Below the pieces are notes generated by a model that saw nothing but the letters and a program-made list of their open reading frames with translations, was not told where the DNA came from and made no database searches. 64,000 nt of DNA from an uncultured Acidobacteriota bacterium (GTDB lineage: Bacteria > Acidobacteriota > Vicinamibacteria > Vicinamibacterales > JAFNAJ01), in assembly GCA_963697285.1 (NCBI GenBank), contig CAVONI010000012.1, forward strand, positions 248,616 through 312,615, in the 5' to 3' direction. This document shows positions 54,319 through 64,000 of this stretch, in pieces. The translations under genes and the position numbers were made by a program. How positions within the stretch are numbered: the first letter of the stretch is position 1; each line of letters opens with the position of its first letter.

Positions 54319-56492
54319 GACTCGCCTCCTGTCGGTCTCGACGCCGCGCGCGTGCCCGCATCGAGCACGGCGTGCAGGTCGCCCGGTGTCGTCACGGGCC
54401 GTGCGCATGTGAAGTCGTGGCACACGTAGGCCGCCGCCTGCCCGTCAACGGTGGTCATCGACGCGGTCCACGGCAGCACGGTTGCCAGGTGCTCCTGCTG
54501 CGCACCCGGTACGACCGGCACCACCACCGCCGTCGGCAGGAATCGCTGCGCGATCACGTCGTGCAGCGCCAGCGTGTCTGACTCCCCCGCACGCCCGACG
54601 ATCACGACCTGCGTCGTGCCCGCGTGGTACGCCGACACGACCGACGCGAGCCACGGCATGACGCGCACGGCATCGGACGATGACACGCGCGCGAGCGTCT
54701 TCTCGAGGTGCACGGCGCTGGCCGGAGGCTGCAGGTGCGCGAGGACGAGCGCCACCGACGCTCCCAGCGCGGTGGCAGAGGGCTCGGCCCCGTCGTAGTC
54801 GTCGTGCATCCGCAGCAGCACCGACGGATCGGCCCCGCTCGTGCTGAACCATCCCCCGGCCGCCTCGTCGGCGAACTGCGCGTCGAGTGTCACCATGAGC
54901 GCCCGTGCCCACGTGAGCCACTCCACGGTGCCGGTGGCCTGGAACAGTTCGACGAGGCCCCACGCCAGGAACGCGTAGTCTTCGGCGAAGGCGTCGATGG
55001 CCGCCTCGCCCTCTCGCCAGCGGCGCGACAATCGCTGCCGATCGGTGTCCCACAGGTGCGTGTGCACGAACCGCGCAGCCCGCGCCGCGGCCTCGCGGTA
55101 GCGACGCGCCTGCAGGCCATCTGCGTCGTGGGCGGCAGGCAGCGTGCGCGCCGCGCGCGCGAAGGCCCCGATCATCAGGCCGTTCCACGCCGTCAGCACC
55201 TTGTCGTCGAGCAGCGGCCGCGGCCGCGCCGCACGGGCCTGCAGCATGACCGCACGCGCGTCAGACACGGCGCGCACCACGTCGTCTTCGGAGCGACCCG
55301 TCTGCCTCGCGATGTCGGCGGGGTCGCTCGCGACGTGCAGGATGCTGCCGTCACCGAACTCGTCGTGCGGATCGTGCGCCACGTTGCCGCCCGGACGCAC
55401 GTCGAATCGCGCCGCGACGATCGCCGCGTCGGCGCCGAGCAGGGTCTCGAGCTCGTCGCGACGCCACAGGTAGAAGGCGCCCTCTGTCGCGCGCGCGCCG
55501 GGATCGTCGGCGAGCGCGTGCGGCACGCTGTCGGCATCCTCGGCCGAGTAGAACCCGCCCTCCGGGTGCGTCATGTCGCGCAGGACGTAGTCGAGCGTGT
55601 CCTCGGCGATCCAGCGGTGGAAGCCGTCGCCGGTGGCCTGCGCCGTTTCGAGCAGCGCCACCACCAGTTGGGCCTGGTCGTACAGCATCTTCTCGAAGTG
55701 TGGCACGCGCCACTCCCGATCGACCGAGTAGCGGTGGAACCCGCCGCCAACGTGATCGCGCATCCCGCCGAGCGCCATCGCGCGCAGCGAACGATCGACC
55801 ATGGTGCGGAAGTCTTCGTCACCCGTCGCGCTCCACATCCGCAGCAGGAACAGGAGTTCGGAGGGCCGTGGGAACTTGGGCGCCTGTCCGAACCCGCCGT
55901 GGCGCTCGTCGAACGTGCGCGCGAACGCTTCGGCGCCCTTCACCAGCATGTCGAGCGGCGCGACACGCGCCGCGTCGGGCGTCCCGTGCGACGTGACCGC
56001 ACGCAGGCGCGACAGGATGGCATCGCCCGAGGCCAGCACGCGCGGCCGCTCCTCGCGCCAGAGGCGCGAGAGCTCGCGCAGGACATCCGAGAACCCCGGA
56101 CGTCCGTACCGCCCATCGGGCGGGAAGTACGTGCCGCCATAGAACGGCTTGAGGTCCGGAGTCAGCCAGACGCTCATGGGCCAGCCACCCTGGCCTGACG
56201 TCGCCTGCACGAAGGCCATGTACACCCGGTCGATGTCGGGGCGCTCCTCGCGGTCGACCTTGATCGACACGAAGTGCTCGTTCAGGAGCGCCGCGACCGC
56301 GTGGTGCTCGAACGACTCGTGCGCCATGACGTGACACCAGTGGCACGTGGCATAGCCGATCGAGAGGAAGATCGGACGATCCGCGGCGCGGGCTGCCTCG
56401 AAGGCCTCGTCGCCCCACGGGTACCAGTCGACGGGGTTGTCGGCGTGCTGTCGGAGGTAGGGGCTGCGCTCGCGCGCGAGGCGGTTCGCCAT
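54315..56492 (-). CDS. Thioredoxin-domain protein, YyaL/SPATA20 family
   Basis: [56 protein letters not shown]. Confidence 0.95.
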   Translation of the reverse strand: MANRLARERSPYLRQHADNPVDWYPWGDEAFEAARAADRPIFLSIGYATCHWCHVMAHESFEHHAVAALLNEHFVSIKVDREERPDIDRVYMAFVQATSGQGGWPMSVWLTPDLKPFYGGTYFPPDGRYGRPGFSDVLRELSRLWREERPRVLASGDAILSRLRAVTSHGTPDAARVAPLDMLVKGAEAFARTFDERHGGFGQAPKFPRPSELLFLLRMWSATGDEDFRTMVDRSLRAMALGGMRDHVGGGFHRYSVDREWRVPHFEKMLYDQAQLVVALLETAQATGDGFHRWIAEDTLDYVLRDMTHPEGGFYSAEDADSVPHALADDPGARATEGAFYLWRRDELETLLGADAAIVAARFDVRPGGNVAHDPHDEFGDGSILHVASDPADIARQTGRSEDDVVRAVSDARAVMLQARAARPRPLLDDKVLTAWNGLMIGAFARAARTLPAAHDADGLQARRYREAAARAARFVHTHLWDTDRQRLSRRWREGEAAIDAFAEDYAFLAWGLVELFQATGTVEWLTWARALMVTLDAQFADEAAGGWFSTSGADPSVLLRMHDDYDGAEPSATALGASVALVLAHLQPPASAVHLEKTLARVSSSDAVRVMPWLASVVSAYHAGTTQVVIVGRAGESDTLALHDVIAQRFLPTAVVVPVVPGAQQEHLATVLPWTASMTTVDGQAAAYVCHDFTCARPVTTPGDLHAVLDAGTRAASRPTGGES

Positions 56493-56585
56493 GAGTGGAA
56501 ACCCAGTGTAACGCGTGGACACGGCAGGACGTGATCGCCGGGCCGGATGCATGAGGTGCGCTACAATGCCCCGCCGGAGGATGGA

Positions 56586-57122
56586 ATGACCGATCGCCCC
56601 GCTCGACGCGTGGCGTTACTCGTGGAAGACGACTTCGAGGATCGCGATGTGACCGGTACCCGTGACGCGCTTCGCGCTGCCGGTCTCGAGGTCGTCATCG
56701 TCGGTCCCGTCGCCGGTGCCTCCTACAAGGGTCGTCGCGGAGAAGCGGTCGTGACGGCCGACGTCTCGGCCGGCAAGACGCGGCAACCCGACGTCGACGC
56801 GGTGGTCATCCCCGGTGGCTATGCGCCCGATCGGATGCGGATGCGTCACGCCATGGTCGATCTCGTCCGCGACTGCGTCGAAGCCAACAAGCCCGTGGCG
56901 GCCATCGACCACGGCGCCGCGCTGCTCATCTCGGCAAACGTCGTGCGGGGACGCACCATCACGTGCTGGCCGTCGATCGCCGTCGACATCAAGAACGCGG
57001 GCGGCCGGTACGTCGATCGCCCCGTGGTCGAAGACGGCCCCGTCATCACCTCGCGCAAGGCCGACGACCTGCCGTTCTTCACCGAGGCGATCGTGCGCGC
57101 CCTGCTCGGCGGCGGCACGTAG
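56586..57122 (+). CDS. DJ-1/PfpI family protein with the canonical Cys replaced by Asp
   Basis: [26 protein letters not shown]. Confidence 0.88.
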   Translation: MTDRPARRVALLVEDDFEDRDVTGTRDALRAAGLEVVIVGPVAGASYKGRRGEAVVTADVSAGKTRQPDVDAVVIPGGYAPDRMRMRHAMVDLVRDCVEANKPVAAIDHGAALLISANVVRGRTITCWPSIAVDIKNAGGRYVDRPVVEDGPVITSRKADDLPFFTEAIVRALLGGGT

Positions 57123-57136
57123 CCGCGCGGCGCCGG

Positions 57137-57496
57137 CTACTGCGCCTGGTACTCGGCGATCGACTCGTCAATCCACCGCATCGCATCCAGAGCGGCCGGC
57201 AAGCCGATGGTCGGCAGCGCCAGGATGGGAATGTGGCGCAACACGTCCGGCTCCACGTCCAGTTCCAGTGCCTTGCGGGCGTGCGCATGCGTGGTGCGCG
57301 CCGATCCGCATCCCACCGAGATCGCCACCTTGAACAGCGCGATGCTCGTCGCGCCCAGCGGCCCGGCGTCGCGCGTCGCAGCGGTCAAGGCCTCGTACGC
57401 CTCGACCACGGCCGGCGCCAGTTCCTGCAGGCGGTCGTAGGCACCCGTGCGGGCGCGGACCTTCGTGGGTGTCGCCTTCTTCGTGGCCTTGGCCAT
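57137..57496 (-). CDS. Carboxymuconolactone decarboxylase (AhpD-like) family protein without CXXC
   Basis: GPLG..SIALFKVAIS, THAHARKAL, LPTIGLPA; GGAG RBS. Confidence 0.82.
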   Translation of the reverse strand: MAKATKKATPTKVRARTGAYDRLQELAPAVVEAYEALTAATRDAGPLGATSIALFKVAISVGCGSARTTHAHARKALELDVEPDVLRHIPILALPTIGLPAALDAMRWIDESIAEYQAQ

Positions 57497-57535
57497 GGGG
57501 GACTCTCCGTATCGTGGGTTCAGGGATTGAAAAAG

Positions 57536-57564
57536 GTGATAAAGAAAGAGGCGACTCCTATTAT
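57536..57564 (+). promoter_or_regulatory. Sigma70-type promoter candidate for nrfHA in an AT-rich intergenic patch
   Basis: GTGATA-N17-TATTAT, 21 nt upstream of the nrfH ATG. Confidence 0.45.
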
Positions 57565-57585
57565 GGCACCCACGAAAGGTCCCCG

Positions 57586-58038
57586 ATGAGTCCGTTGCCT
57601 GCAATCGTGCTCGGCACCACGCTCGGCCTCGCCACCGGTGTCGGCGCGTACACGTTCCTGTACGCCAGGGGCGCGTCGTACCTGACCAACGATCCTGCAG
57701 CCTGCGCCAACTGCCACGTCATGAACGACTACTACGGGGGCTGGATGAAGTCGAGCCACCGCGCCGTCGCGGTCTGCAACGACTGCCACGCGCCCGCCGA
57801 TCCCATAGGCAAGTACACGACGAAGGCCTTCAACGGCTTCATGCACTCGTGGGCCTTCACCACCGGTCGCTTCCCGCAGGAGATCCAGATCACCGCGCGC
57901 AACCGCCGTATCGCGGGAGCGTCGTGCGAAAAGTGCCACGCCGACATCGTCGAAGAGATGCACGGCCTCGACACCGCCGCGTCCGAGCAGGTGTCGTGCG
58001 TCCGATGCCACGGCGCGGTCGGCCATCCCCGTCAGTGA
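57586..58038 (+). CDS. nrfH: Tetraheme cytochrome c nitrite reductase small subunit
   Basis: N-terminal TM; CANCH, CNDCH, CEKCH, CVRCH. Confidence 0.95.
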   Translation: MSPLPAIVLGTTLGLATGVGAYTFLYARGASYLTNDPAACANCHVMNDYYGGWMKSSHRAVAVCNDCHAPADPIGKYTTKAFNGFMHSWAFTTGRFPQEIQITARNRRIAGASCEKCHADIVEEMHGLDTAASEQVSCVRCHGAVGHPRQ

Positions 58039-58083
58039 ATCGCCGGCGGTCGTCATCGTCCGCCCCTCGTCCCGGAGTCCGCC

Positions 58084-59532
58084 ATGCCTGCCGCACCCGC
58101 CCCGTCGTCTCTCAGCCGCGGACGCGTCGTCGCCATCACCGCGGTTGTCGCCACGCTGGTGACCGCCGGCGCGACCGCCATGCTCGTGAACATCTTCGAG
58201 CGCAAGCAGGAGAGCCGCGCCCCTGGCGTTCGCGTCGTGGAGATCACCGACGACACCGACGACCCCGCCGTGTGGGGCCGGAACTTCCCGCTCGAATACG
58301 ACGGCTACCAGCGGACGGTCGACCAGGTGCGGACGCGGTTCGGTGGCAGCGAGGCGGCCCAGCGCACGCCCACGGCTGCCGATCCGCGCACCATCGTCGC
58401 GCAGTCGCGGCTCGAAGACGACCCGCGCCTCAAGACGATGTGGGCCGGCTACGCCTTCGCGGTCGACTTCCGCGAGGAGCGCGGCCACGCCTACATGCTC
58501 GATGACCAGACGTTCACCGATCGCCAGAACGTCGTGAAGCAGCCGGGCACGTGCATGAACTGCCACGCGTCGACCTACGTGCTCTACAAGCAACTCGGCA
58601 ACGGTGATCTGACGAAGGGGTTCGAGGCGCTCAACCAGATGCCGTACGCCGATGCGCGCAAGCTCGCGAAGCACCCGGTCGCCTGCATCGATTGCCACGA
58701 CCCCGCGACCATGGCGCTGCGCGTGACCAAGCCGGCGTTCATGGAAGGGATGAAGGCGCTGAAGGCCTCACAGGGCATCGCCGATTACGACGTGAACCGC
58801 CAGGCGACGCGGCAGGAAATGCGCGCGTTCGTCTGCGGCCAGTGCCACGTGGAGTACTACTTCAAGGGCCCAGAGAAACGGCTCACGTTTCCGTGGGCCA
58901 AGGGCCTGAACATCGACAACATGATGGAGTACTACGCTGAGGTCGGGCACAAGGACTGGGAACACGCCGACACCGGCGCGCCCGTGCTCAAGGCGCAGCA
59001 CCCGGAGTTCGAGATGTGGAACCAGGGCATCCACGCCCGCTCGGGCGTCATGTGCGCAGATTGCCACATGCCCTACATGCGGGTCGGGGGCACCAAGGTC
59101 AGCGACCACCACGTGCGCAGCCCACTGCTGAACGTCAACCGCGCCTGCCAGACCTGCCACAAGTGGACCGAGGAGGAACTGACGTCGCGGGCGCATACCA
59201 TCCAGGCGCGGACGTTCCGGATGCGCAACGACGCGATGGACGCCCTCGTCGCCCTGATCGGCGATGTGAAGGCGGCCCGCGCCGCGGGCGCGACCGACGC
59301 GCAGCTGTCGGCGGCCTGGTCGTACCAGCGCAAGGGGCAGTTCTATCTCGACTTCGTGGAGGCCGAGAACTCGATGGGCTTCCACGCGTCGAGCGAGGCG
59401 GCACGCATCCTGGGCGACTCGATCAACGCCACGCGGCAGGGTCAGATCGCCCTGCGCGATGCCCTCGACGGCAAGACGGTGGCCCCGGCGAACACCACGG
59501 CCCCGCCCCCGCTGCTGGCCGAACCGAAATAG
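58084..59532 (+). CDS. nrfA: Pentaheme cytochrome c nitrite reductase (ammonia-forming), CXXCH at heme 1
   Basis: RGHAY, CMNCH, CIDCH, CGQCHVEYYF, KAQHPEFE, CADCHMP, CQTCH, GFH. Confidence 0.95.
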   Translation: MPAAPAPSSLSRGRVVAITAVVATLVTAGATAMLVNIFERKQESRAPGVRVVEITDDTDDPAVWGRNFPLEYDGYQRTVDQVRTRFGGSEAAQRTPTAADPRTIVAQSRLEDDPRLKTMWAGYAFAVDFREERGHAYMLDDQTFTDRQNVVKQPGTCMNCHASTYVLYKQLGNGDLTKGFEALNQMPYADARKLAKHPVACIDCHDPATMALRVTKPAFMEGMKALKASQGIADYDVNRQATRQEMRAFVCGQCHVEYYFKGPEKRLTFPWAKGLNIDNMMEYYAEVGHKDWEHADTGAPVLKAQHPEFEMWNQGIHARSGVMCADCHMPYMRVGGTKVSDHHVRSPLLNVNRACQTCHKWTEEELTSRAHTIQARTFRMRNDAMDALVALIGDVKAARAAGATDAQLSAAWSYQRKGQFYLDFVEAENSMGFHASSEAARILGDSINATRQGQIALRDALDGKTVAPANTTAPPPLLAEPK

Positions 59533-59623
59533 GGCGACTCGCGGCCGGGGACGATCTGCGTCGGAGCGGTCGTCACGACCGCCCGCCGTCACCACCCGAT
59601 GTCGGTGTTCGCCATGGACCGCG

Positions 59624-60535
59624 TCAGCGACCCGCGTCGTCGAGCCTCACGCGCCGCAGGTGTGCGTAGGCCGCCGTGTACTCGACGCCGTACAGCAGGA
59701 TCACCGACGAGAGGTACACCCACATCAGGAAGATGATGACAGCGGCAATCGATCCGTGAATCGAGAACCGGGAGAGGTCGCGCACGTACCACGAGAACCC
59801 GTCGAAGGCAACCCGCCAGAGCACGCCCGTCAGCACGGCGCCGATCCACACGTCGCGAAAGCGCACACGCGTGTTCGGGACGAAGTAGAACACCAGCCCC
59901 ACGACGAAGATCAGCATGGCCGTGGTGGCCGACGAGGTGGCGGCCCCCGACAGCCGGGCCAGCCACGGGCTACGCTCGAGGACCTGGGCGAACCACGACG
60001 CGTTGACCACGCTCGCGGCGCTGATGATCAGCAGCGCGATCAGCATCAGCGCGCCCGCGGCGACCAGCATCAGGAACGACGTCAGCTTGTGCTTGAAGTA
60101 GTTCGGCTGCTTGTCGACCCGCCACGCGTAGTTGACGGCGGTGGTGATGGCGCCGAACACGCCCAGCGCGCCCCAGACGGTGAGGATCCCGCCGGCGAGT
60201 CCCAGCGTGATACGTTGCCCGCGGAACGCGTCGAGCTGCTCGGTGAGGAACCCGAACTGCCTGGGGAAATAGCGGAACAGGAACTCGACCACGCGTGTGC
60301 GGTCGACGTCGTTGGCCGTCGCGGTGCCGAGCAGCGACAGCAGCAGCATCAGGCACGGAAACAACGACAGCAACGCGAAGAACGCGATGCTCGACGCGTA
60401 GGTGAGGTCGTTGCTGTTGTAGAACCTGAGCGCACTCCTGCGCGCCGCCTGCCACGCGTCAGGCAGCACCGTCGACGCGTGCACGACCAGGCGCCGCGCT
60501 GCACGCGCCAGGCGCCGGTCAGGGGTGGTCGGCAT
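59624..60535 (-). CDS. YihY/virulence factor BrkB family membrane protein
   Basis: YASSIAFFALLSLFP, AVNYAW, YFVPN, IAAVIIFLMWVYLSSVILLYG. Confidence 0.92.
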   Translation of the reverse strand: MPTTPDRRLARAARRLVVHASTVLPDAWQAARRSALRFYNSNDLTYASSIAFFALLSLFPCLMLLLSLLGTATANDVDRTRVVEFLFRYFPRQFGFLTEQLDAFRGQRITLGLAGGILTVWGALGVFGAITTAVNYAWRVDKQPNYFKHKLTSFLMLVAAGALMLIALLIISAASVVNASWFAQVLERSPWLARLSGAATSSATTAMLIFVVGLVFYFVPNTRVRFRDVWIGAVLTGVLWRVAFDGFSWYVRDLSRFSIHGSIAAVIIFLMWVYLSSVILLYGVEYTAAYAHLRRVRLDDAGR

Positions 60536-60788
60536 CCGCGGTCGGGGCGAGTGCCGGCACGGGCGCTGCAGGCGCCGACTCGGTCCAGGCCTCGCGGAGC
60601 TGACGCAGTCCCCAGGCGGGAAGGTAGGTGGTGAGCGCAAACGACACGGCAGTCCGCGCGAGCCGACGCAGGCGCGGCGAACGCACCAGGACGACAACAC
60701 CGCCCGCGACGACCGCCCCGACGGCAAGCGACGTCAGCAGGCGCTCATCAGCGCGCAGCTGGTCCGCGGAGTTCGAGACCGGGATCAT
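60519..60788 (-). CDS. Hypothetical small membrane protein
   Basis: One hydrophobic segment; overlaps both neighbours. Confidence 0.55.
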   Translation of the reverse strand: MIPVSNSADQLRADERLLTSLAVGAVVAGGVVVLVRSPRLRRLARTAVSFALTTYLPAWGLRQLREAWTESAPAAPVPALAPTADADHP

Positions 60789-61057
60789 CGGAGGTCGCCT
60801 CCACCGCCCCAGGCACTCCGCTGCTTCTGATACTCGTCGACCAGGTTGGTCATCGAGCGTCGGCCCTCGTCGGCTGCCGCCTTGACCTTGTCGAGCGTGC
60901 CGCGCCAGCGCGACACCTCGTCGACCAGGTCACCCACGTGCGGTTCCAGCCGCGACCGCAGCCGCTTCCCGTCGTCGGTGAAGAAGAGATACCCGAGGGT
61001 GCCGCCCACGGCCGCACCCGCAACAATCGACCAGATCACTCGTGACCGGCTGTCCAT
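60785..61057 (-). CDS. YtxH-like small membrane protein
   Basis: IVAGAAVGGTLGYLF...GKRLRSRL. Confidence 0.7.
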   Translation of the reverse strand: MDSRSRVIWSIVAGAAVGGTLGYLFFTDDGKRLRSRLEPHVGDLVDEVSRWRGTLDKVKAAADEGRRSMTNLVDEYQKQRSAWGGGGDLR

Positions 61058-61089
61058 CGTCCTCAACCACCCTCCGCGTGCCTGCCGGG

Positions 61090-62496
61090 TCACGCCGACG
61101 CGCTCGCCCGTCGAGCCGTCGCCGCGCGGCTCATGTCCTGGATGTTGTGCTTCCGCATCTTGCTGTAGAGCGTCGGCCGGTAGAGCCCGAGGATCTGCGC
61201 GGCCTCCTGCTTGTTCCAGTTCGTCCGCTGCAGCGTCTGCAGGATCGCATGCTTCTCGATCTCGGCGAGCGTCCGGTGCGCCGGGATGACGAACTCCGCG
61301 TTCGACAGCACGGGTTCGCGCATCTCGTCGGGCAGGTCGGCGACCGTGATCTCTGGCCCCTTCGTCACCAGCACGCCGCGCTCGATGACGTTCTCGAGCT
61401 CGCGCACGTTGCCCGGCCACCGGTGCCGGATCAGCACGTGATACGCCGCCGCCGCGATGCCCTTCACCTGCCGGCCGTGGCGCTGCCGGTACTTCTCGAG
61501 GAAGTACTCGCACAGCAGCGGGATGTCTTCCGTCCGCTCGCGCAGCGGCGGCACCTTGAGCGTGATCGTGTTGATGCGGAAGTAGAGGTCCTCGCGCAGC
61601 GATCCGTCGCGCAGCGCCGCCTCGACATCGACGTTCGTCGCGCAGATGAGCCTGAAGTCGACGCGCACCGTGCGATCGCTGCCCACGGGGCGGTATTCGC
61701 GCTCCTGCAGCACGCGCAGCAACTTGGTCTGCAGGTACGGCGGCATCTCGCCAATCTCGTCGAGCAGCAGCGATCCGCCCTCGGCCAGCTCGAGCAGGCC
61801 GTCCTTGTCCTGCGAGGCTCCGGTAAAGGCGCCCTTCCGGTACCCGAACAGCTCGGACTCGATCAGGTCCTTCGGGATGGCCGCGCAGTTGATCTTGATG
61901 AACGGCGCCTTCGACCGCTTGCTGTTCGCGTGCAGGGCGTTGGCGATCAGTTCCTTGCCCGTCCCGTTCTCACCCTGGATGAGGATGTTCGCGTCGCTCG
62001 TGGCCACGTTCTCGACGAGTTCGAGCAGGTCGTGCATCCGGCGGCTCCTGCCGATGATGTTCGCCAGGCGGAAGGGCCCCTCGAGCTGCCGCTTCAGCTG
62101 CTCGTTCTCGCTGCGCAGCTTGCGCCGCTCGAGCGCCTTGTCGAGGATCGCCAGGAGCGCGTCGGGCGCGATGGGCTTCTCGAGATAGCTGAACGCCCCC
62201 CACTTCATGGCGGCCACGGCGCTTGGCACCGAGCCGTGCCCCGTCAGCACGAGCACTTCGATGGCGTCGTTCAACTGCCGGAACCGCCGCACCAGCTCGA
62301 GGCCATCGAGGTCGGGCAGCCGCAGGTCGGTGATCACCACGTCGGGCTTCGTGGCGCGGAACTCGGCGTCGCCCTGGCGAGCCGACGTGGCCGTGCGCAC
62401 GTCGAAGCCTTCGCGCGTCAACAACAGCGACAGCCACTCGAGGACGGGTGGTTCGTCGTCGATGGCGAGGATGCGAATACGTCTGTCCGAGGCCAT
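61090..62496 (-). CDS. Sigma54-dependent response regulator (REC-AAA+-HTH)
   Basis: [40 protein letters not shown]. Confidence 0.95.
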   Translation of the reverse strand: MASDRRIRILAIDDEPPVLEWLSLLLTREGFDVRTATSARQGDAEFRATKPDVVITDLRLPDLDGLELVRRFRQLNDAIEVLVLTGHGSVPSAVAAMKWGAFSYLEKPIAPDALLAILDKALERRKLRSENEQLKRQLEGPFRLANIIGRSRRMHDLLELVENVATSDANILIQGENGTGKELIANALHANSKRSKAPFIKINCAAIPKDLIESELFGYRKGAFTGASQDKDGLLELAEGGSLLLDEIGEMPPYLQTKLLRVLQEREYRPVGSDRTVRVDFRLICATNVDVEAALRDGSLREDLYFRINTITLKVPPLRERTEDIPLLCEYFLEKYRQRHGRQVKGIAAAAYHVLIRHRWPGNVRELENVIERGVLVTKGPEITVADLPDEMREPVLSNAEFVIPAHRTLAEIEKHAILQTLQRTNWNKQEAAQILGLYRPTLYSKMRKHNIQDMSRAATARRASASA

Positions 62497-62644
62497 GGGT
62501 CGCTGTGGGTAATCGACGAGAAATCGAGGGGCCGGGGACCCTCGGCGCATCGGGCCGCCGAGTCCAAAAATTATACACGAACCTCGCCCGCGCATGAATC
62601 ATGGTCAGCACATCCATGCGTCGCGCATCATCGCTGCACACCGC

Positions 62645-62661
62645 GGCGGATATAATCCGCC
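62645..62661 (+). promoter_or_regulatory. Perfect -10 hexamer inside an inverted repeat; probable leaderless start
   Basis: GGCGGA-TATAA-TCCGCC; TATAAT at 62651-62656, ATG at 62663. Confidence 0.55.
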
Positions 62662-62662
62662 C

Positions 62663-62839
62663 ATGAGCGACGTGCCGAACACGCCCGTGGTGCCTATCCG
62701 CAGTGCGCCTCGCCCGGTGGTGCAGGTGACCGAACCCGACAAGGTGCTCTGCGAGCGCTGTGGTGCCGAGATGTTCCGGATGCACGCCGTCTGGCGCTGC
62801 CCTGCCTGCCGGTTCAAGACCGACTGCTGCGGCTGGTAG
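62663..62839 (+). CDS. Small Cys-rich zinc-ribbon-like protein (58 aa)
   Basis: CERC...[13 protein letters not shown]. Confidence 0.72.
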   Translation: MSDVPNTPVVPIRSAPRPVVQVTEPDKVLCERCGAEMFRMHAVWRCPACRFKTDCCGW

Positions 62840-62877
62840 GCCCGCCCGCGCCAGCCCCACCCCCGTCGCTGCCCAGC

Positions 62878-64000
62878 ATGGACGTCCTCGCCACGCACGT
62901 TCGCCCCACCGACGCCGAGTTCACGGCGAACGCCGCCCACATGCGGCGCCTGGTGGATGACCTCAAGCAGCAACTCGCCCGCGCTCGCGAAGGTGGCGGC
63001 CCACGCTACCTGCAGCGCCAGCGGGAGCAGGGCAAGCTGCCAGTGCGCGAGCGCATCGACACGCTGCTCGACCAGGGCTCGTCGTTCCTGGAACTGTCGC
63101 CGCTGGCAGCCACGGGGATGTACGACGACGAAGCGCCCGGCGCGGGAATCGTCACCGGGATCGGCCGCGTCTCGGGACGCGAGGTGCTCATCGTCGCCAA
63201 CGACGCCACCGTCAAGGGCGGCACCTACTTCCCGATGACGGTGAAGAAGCACCTCCGGGCACAGCAGGTGGCGATCGAGAACCGCCTGCCCTGCGTCTAC
63301 CTCGTCGACTCCGGCGGTGCCTTCCTGCCGCTGCAGGCCGAGGTCTTCCCCGACCGCGAGCACTTCGGGCGCATCTTCGCCAACCAGGCGCGCATGTCGG
63401 CCGAGCGCATCCCGCAGGTCGCCGTCGTGATGGGCTCGTGCACGGCGGGCGGTGCATACGTGCCCGCCATGTCTGACGAGACGGTCATCGTCCGGAACGT
63501 GGGCACGATCTTCCTCGGCGGCCCCCCGCTCGTGAAGGCGGCCACCGGCGAGGATGTCACGGCCGAGGAACTGGGCGGAGCCGACGTGCACACGCGCATC
63601 TCTGGCGTCGCCGACTACTTCGCCGACGACGACGCCCACGCCCTGCACATCGCCCGGACGATCGTCTCGACCCTGCACACCGACAAGCAGTTACCACACG
63701 ACCGCACGACTCCCGAGGAGCCTCGATACGACCCGCAGGAGATCTACGGCATCGTGCCCTCGAACCTGCGCACGCCCTACGACGTGCGTGACGTCATCGC
63801 GCGCATCGTCGACGGGTCGCGTTTCGACGAGTTCAAGGAGCGGTACGCGACCACGCTCGTGACCGGGTTCGCGCGGCTGCACGGTTTCCTCGTCGGCATC
63901 GTCGCCAACAACGGCGTGCTGTTCTCGGAGTCGGCCCTCAAGGCCGCGCACTTCATCGAACTCTGTGCCCTGCGCAGGATCCCGCTCGTGTTCCTCCAGA
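62878..64000 (+). CDS. Biotin-dependent carboxylase carboxyltransferase subunit (methylcrotonyl-CoA carboxylase beta-like), runs off the window
   Basis: Hand translation [48 protein letters not shown]. Confidence 0.93.
   Translation, partial: MDVLATHVRPTDAEFTANAAHMRRLVDDLKQQLARAREGGGPRYLQRQREQGKLPVRERIDTLLDQGSSFLELSPLAATGMYDDEAPGAGIVTGIGRVSGREVLIVANDATVKGGTYFPMTVKKHLRAQQVAIENRLPCVYLVDSGGAFLPLQAEVFPDREHFGRIFANQARMSAERIPQVAVVMGSCTAGGAYVPAMSDETVIVRNVGTIFLGGPPLVKAATGEDVTAEELGGADVHTRISGVADYFADDDAHALHIARTIVSTLHTDKQLPHDRTTPEEPRYDPQEIYGIVPSNLRTPYDVRDVIARIVDGSRFDEFKERYATTLVTGFARLHGFLVGIVANNGVLFSESALKAAHFIELCALRRIPLVFLQ

Noticed and set aside
59459-60634. Possible additional nrf accessory genes downstream of nrfA
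   Set aside because: The + strand ORF is the shadow of the YihY gene; no heme lyase or CXXCH motifs

Overview
64 kb of a very GC-rich bacterial chromosome, probably Acidobacteriota (Vicinamibacteria-like; inferred from the VWFA-type protein, the Gly-rich TonB and the gene repertoire, not proven). It is mostly core and accessory metabolism: 3' end of groEL, TonB, tatA, selB, rnr, two ECF sigma/anti-sigma pairs, glycerate kinase, gatB-ftsE-ftsX, several two-component and sigma54 regulators, ispH, a Spy/CpxP-TolC-MFP-RND operon, tesA-ybbA-ybbP-like genes followed by dksA-like, ferritin-like and folK genes, a peptidase cluster, mscL, tRNA-Leu(UAA), nrfHA and the 5' part of a carboxyltransferase. 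I saw no integrase, transposase, prophage or CRISPR array. At least eight genes carry apparent single-base frameshifts, which look like long-read indel errors. The best candidate for an undescribed system is the two-gene locus at 36963-39371. It has a sigma54-type promoter, a secreted protein (tandem-repeat N-terminus, a 10-Cys domain with animal-type secretory phospholipase A2 motifs, a Gly linker and a 6-Cys tail) and a secreted partner with an FG-GAP-like motif. Other notable items are a minimal secretin-like protein in an ECF operon, a CXXCH-type NrfA, a GAFTGA-less enhancer-binding protein, a Cys-to-Asp DJ-1/PfpI variant and several apparently leaderless genes.
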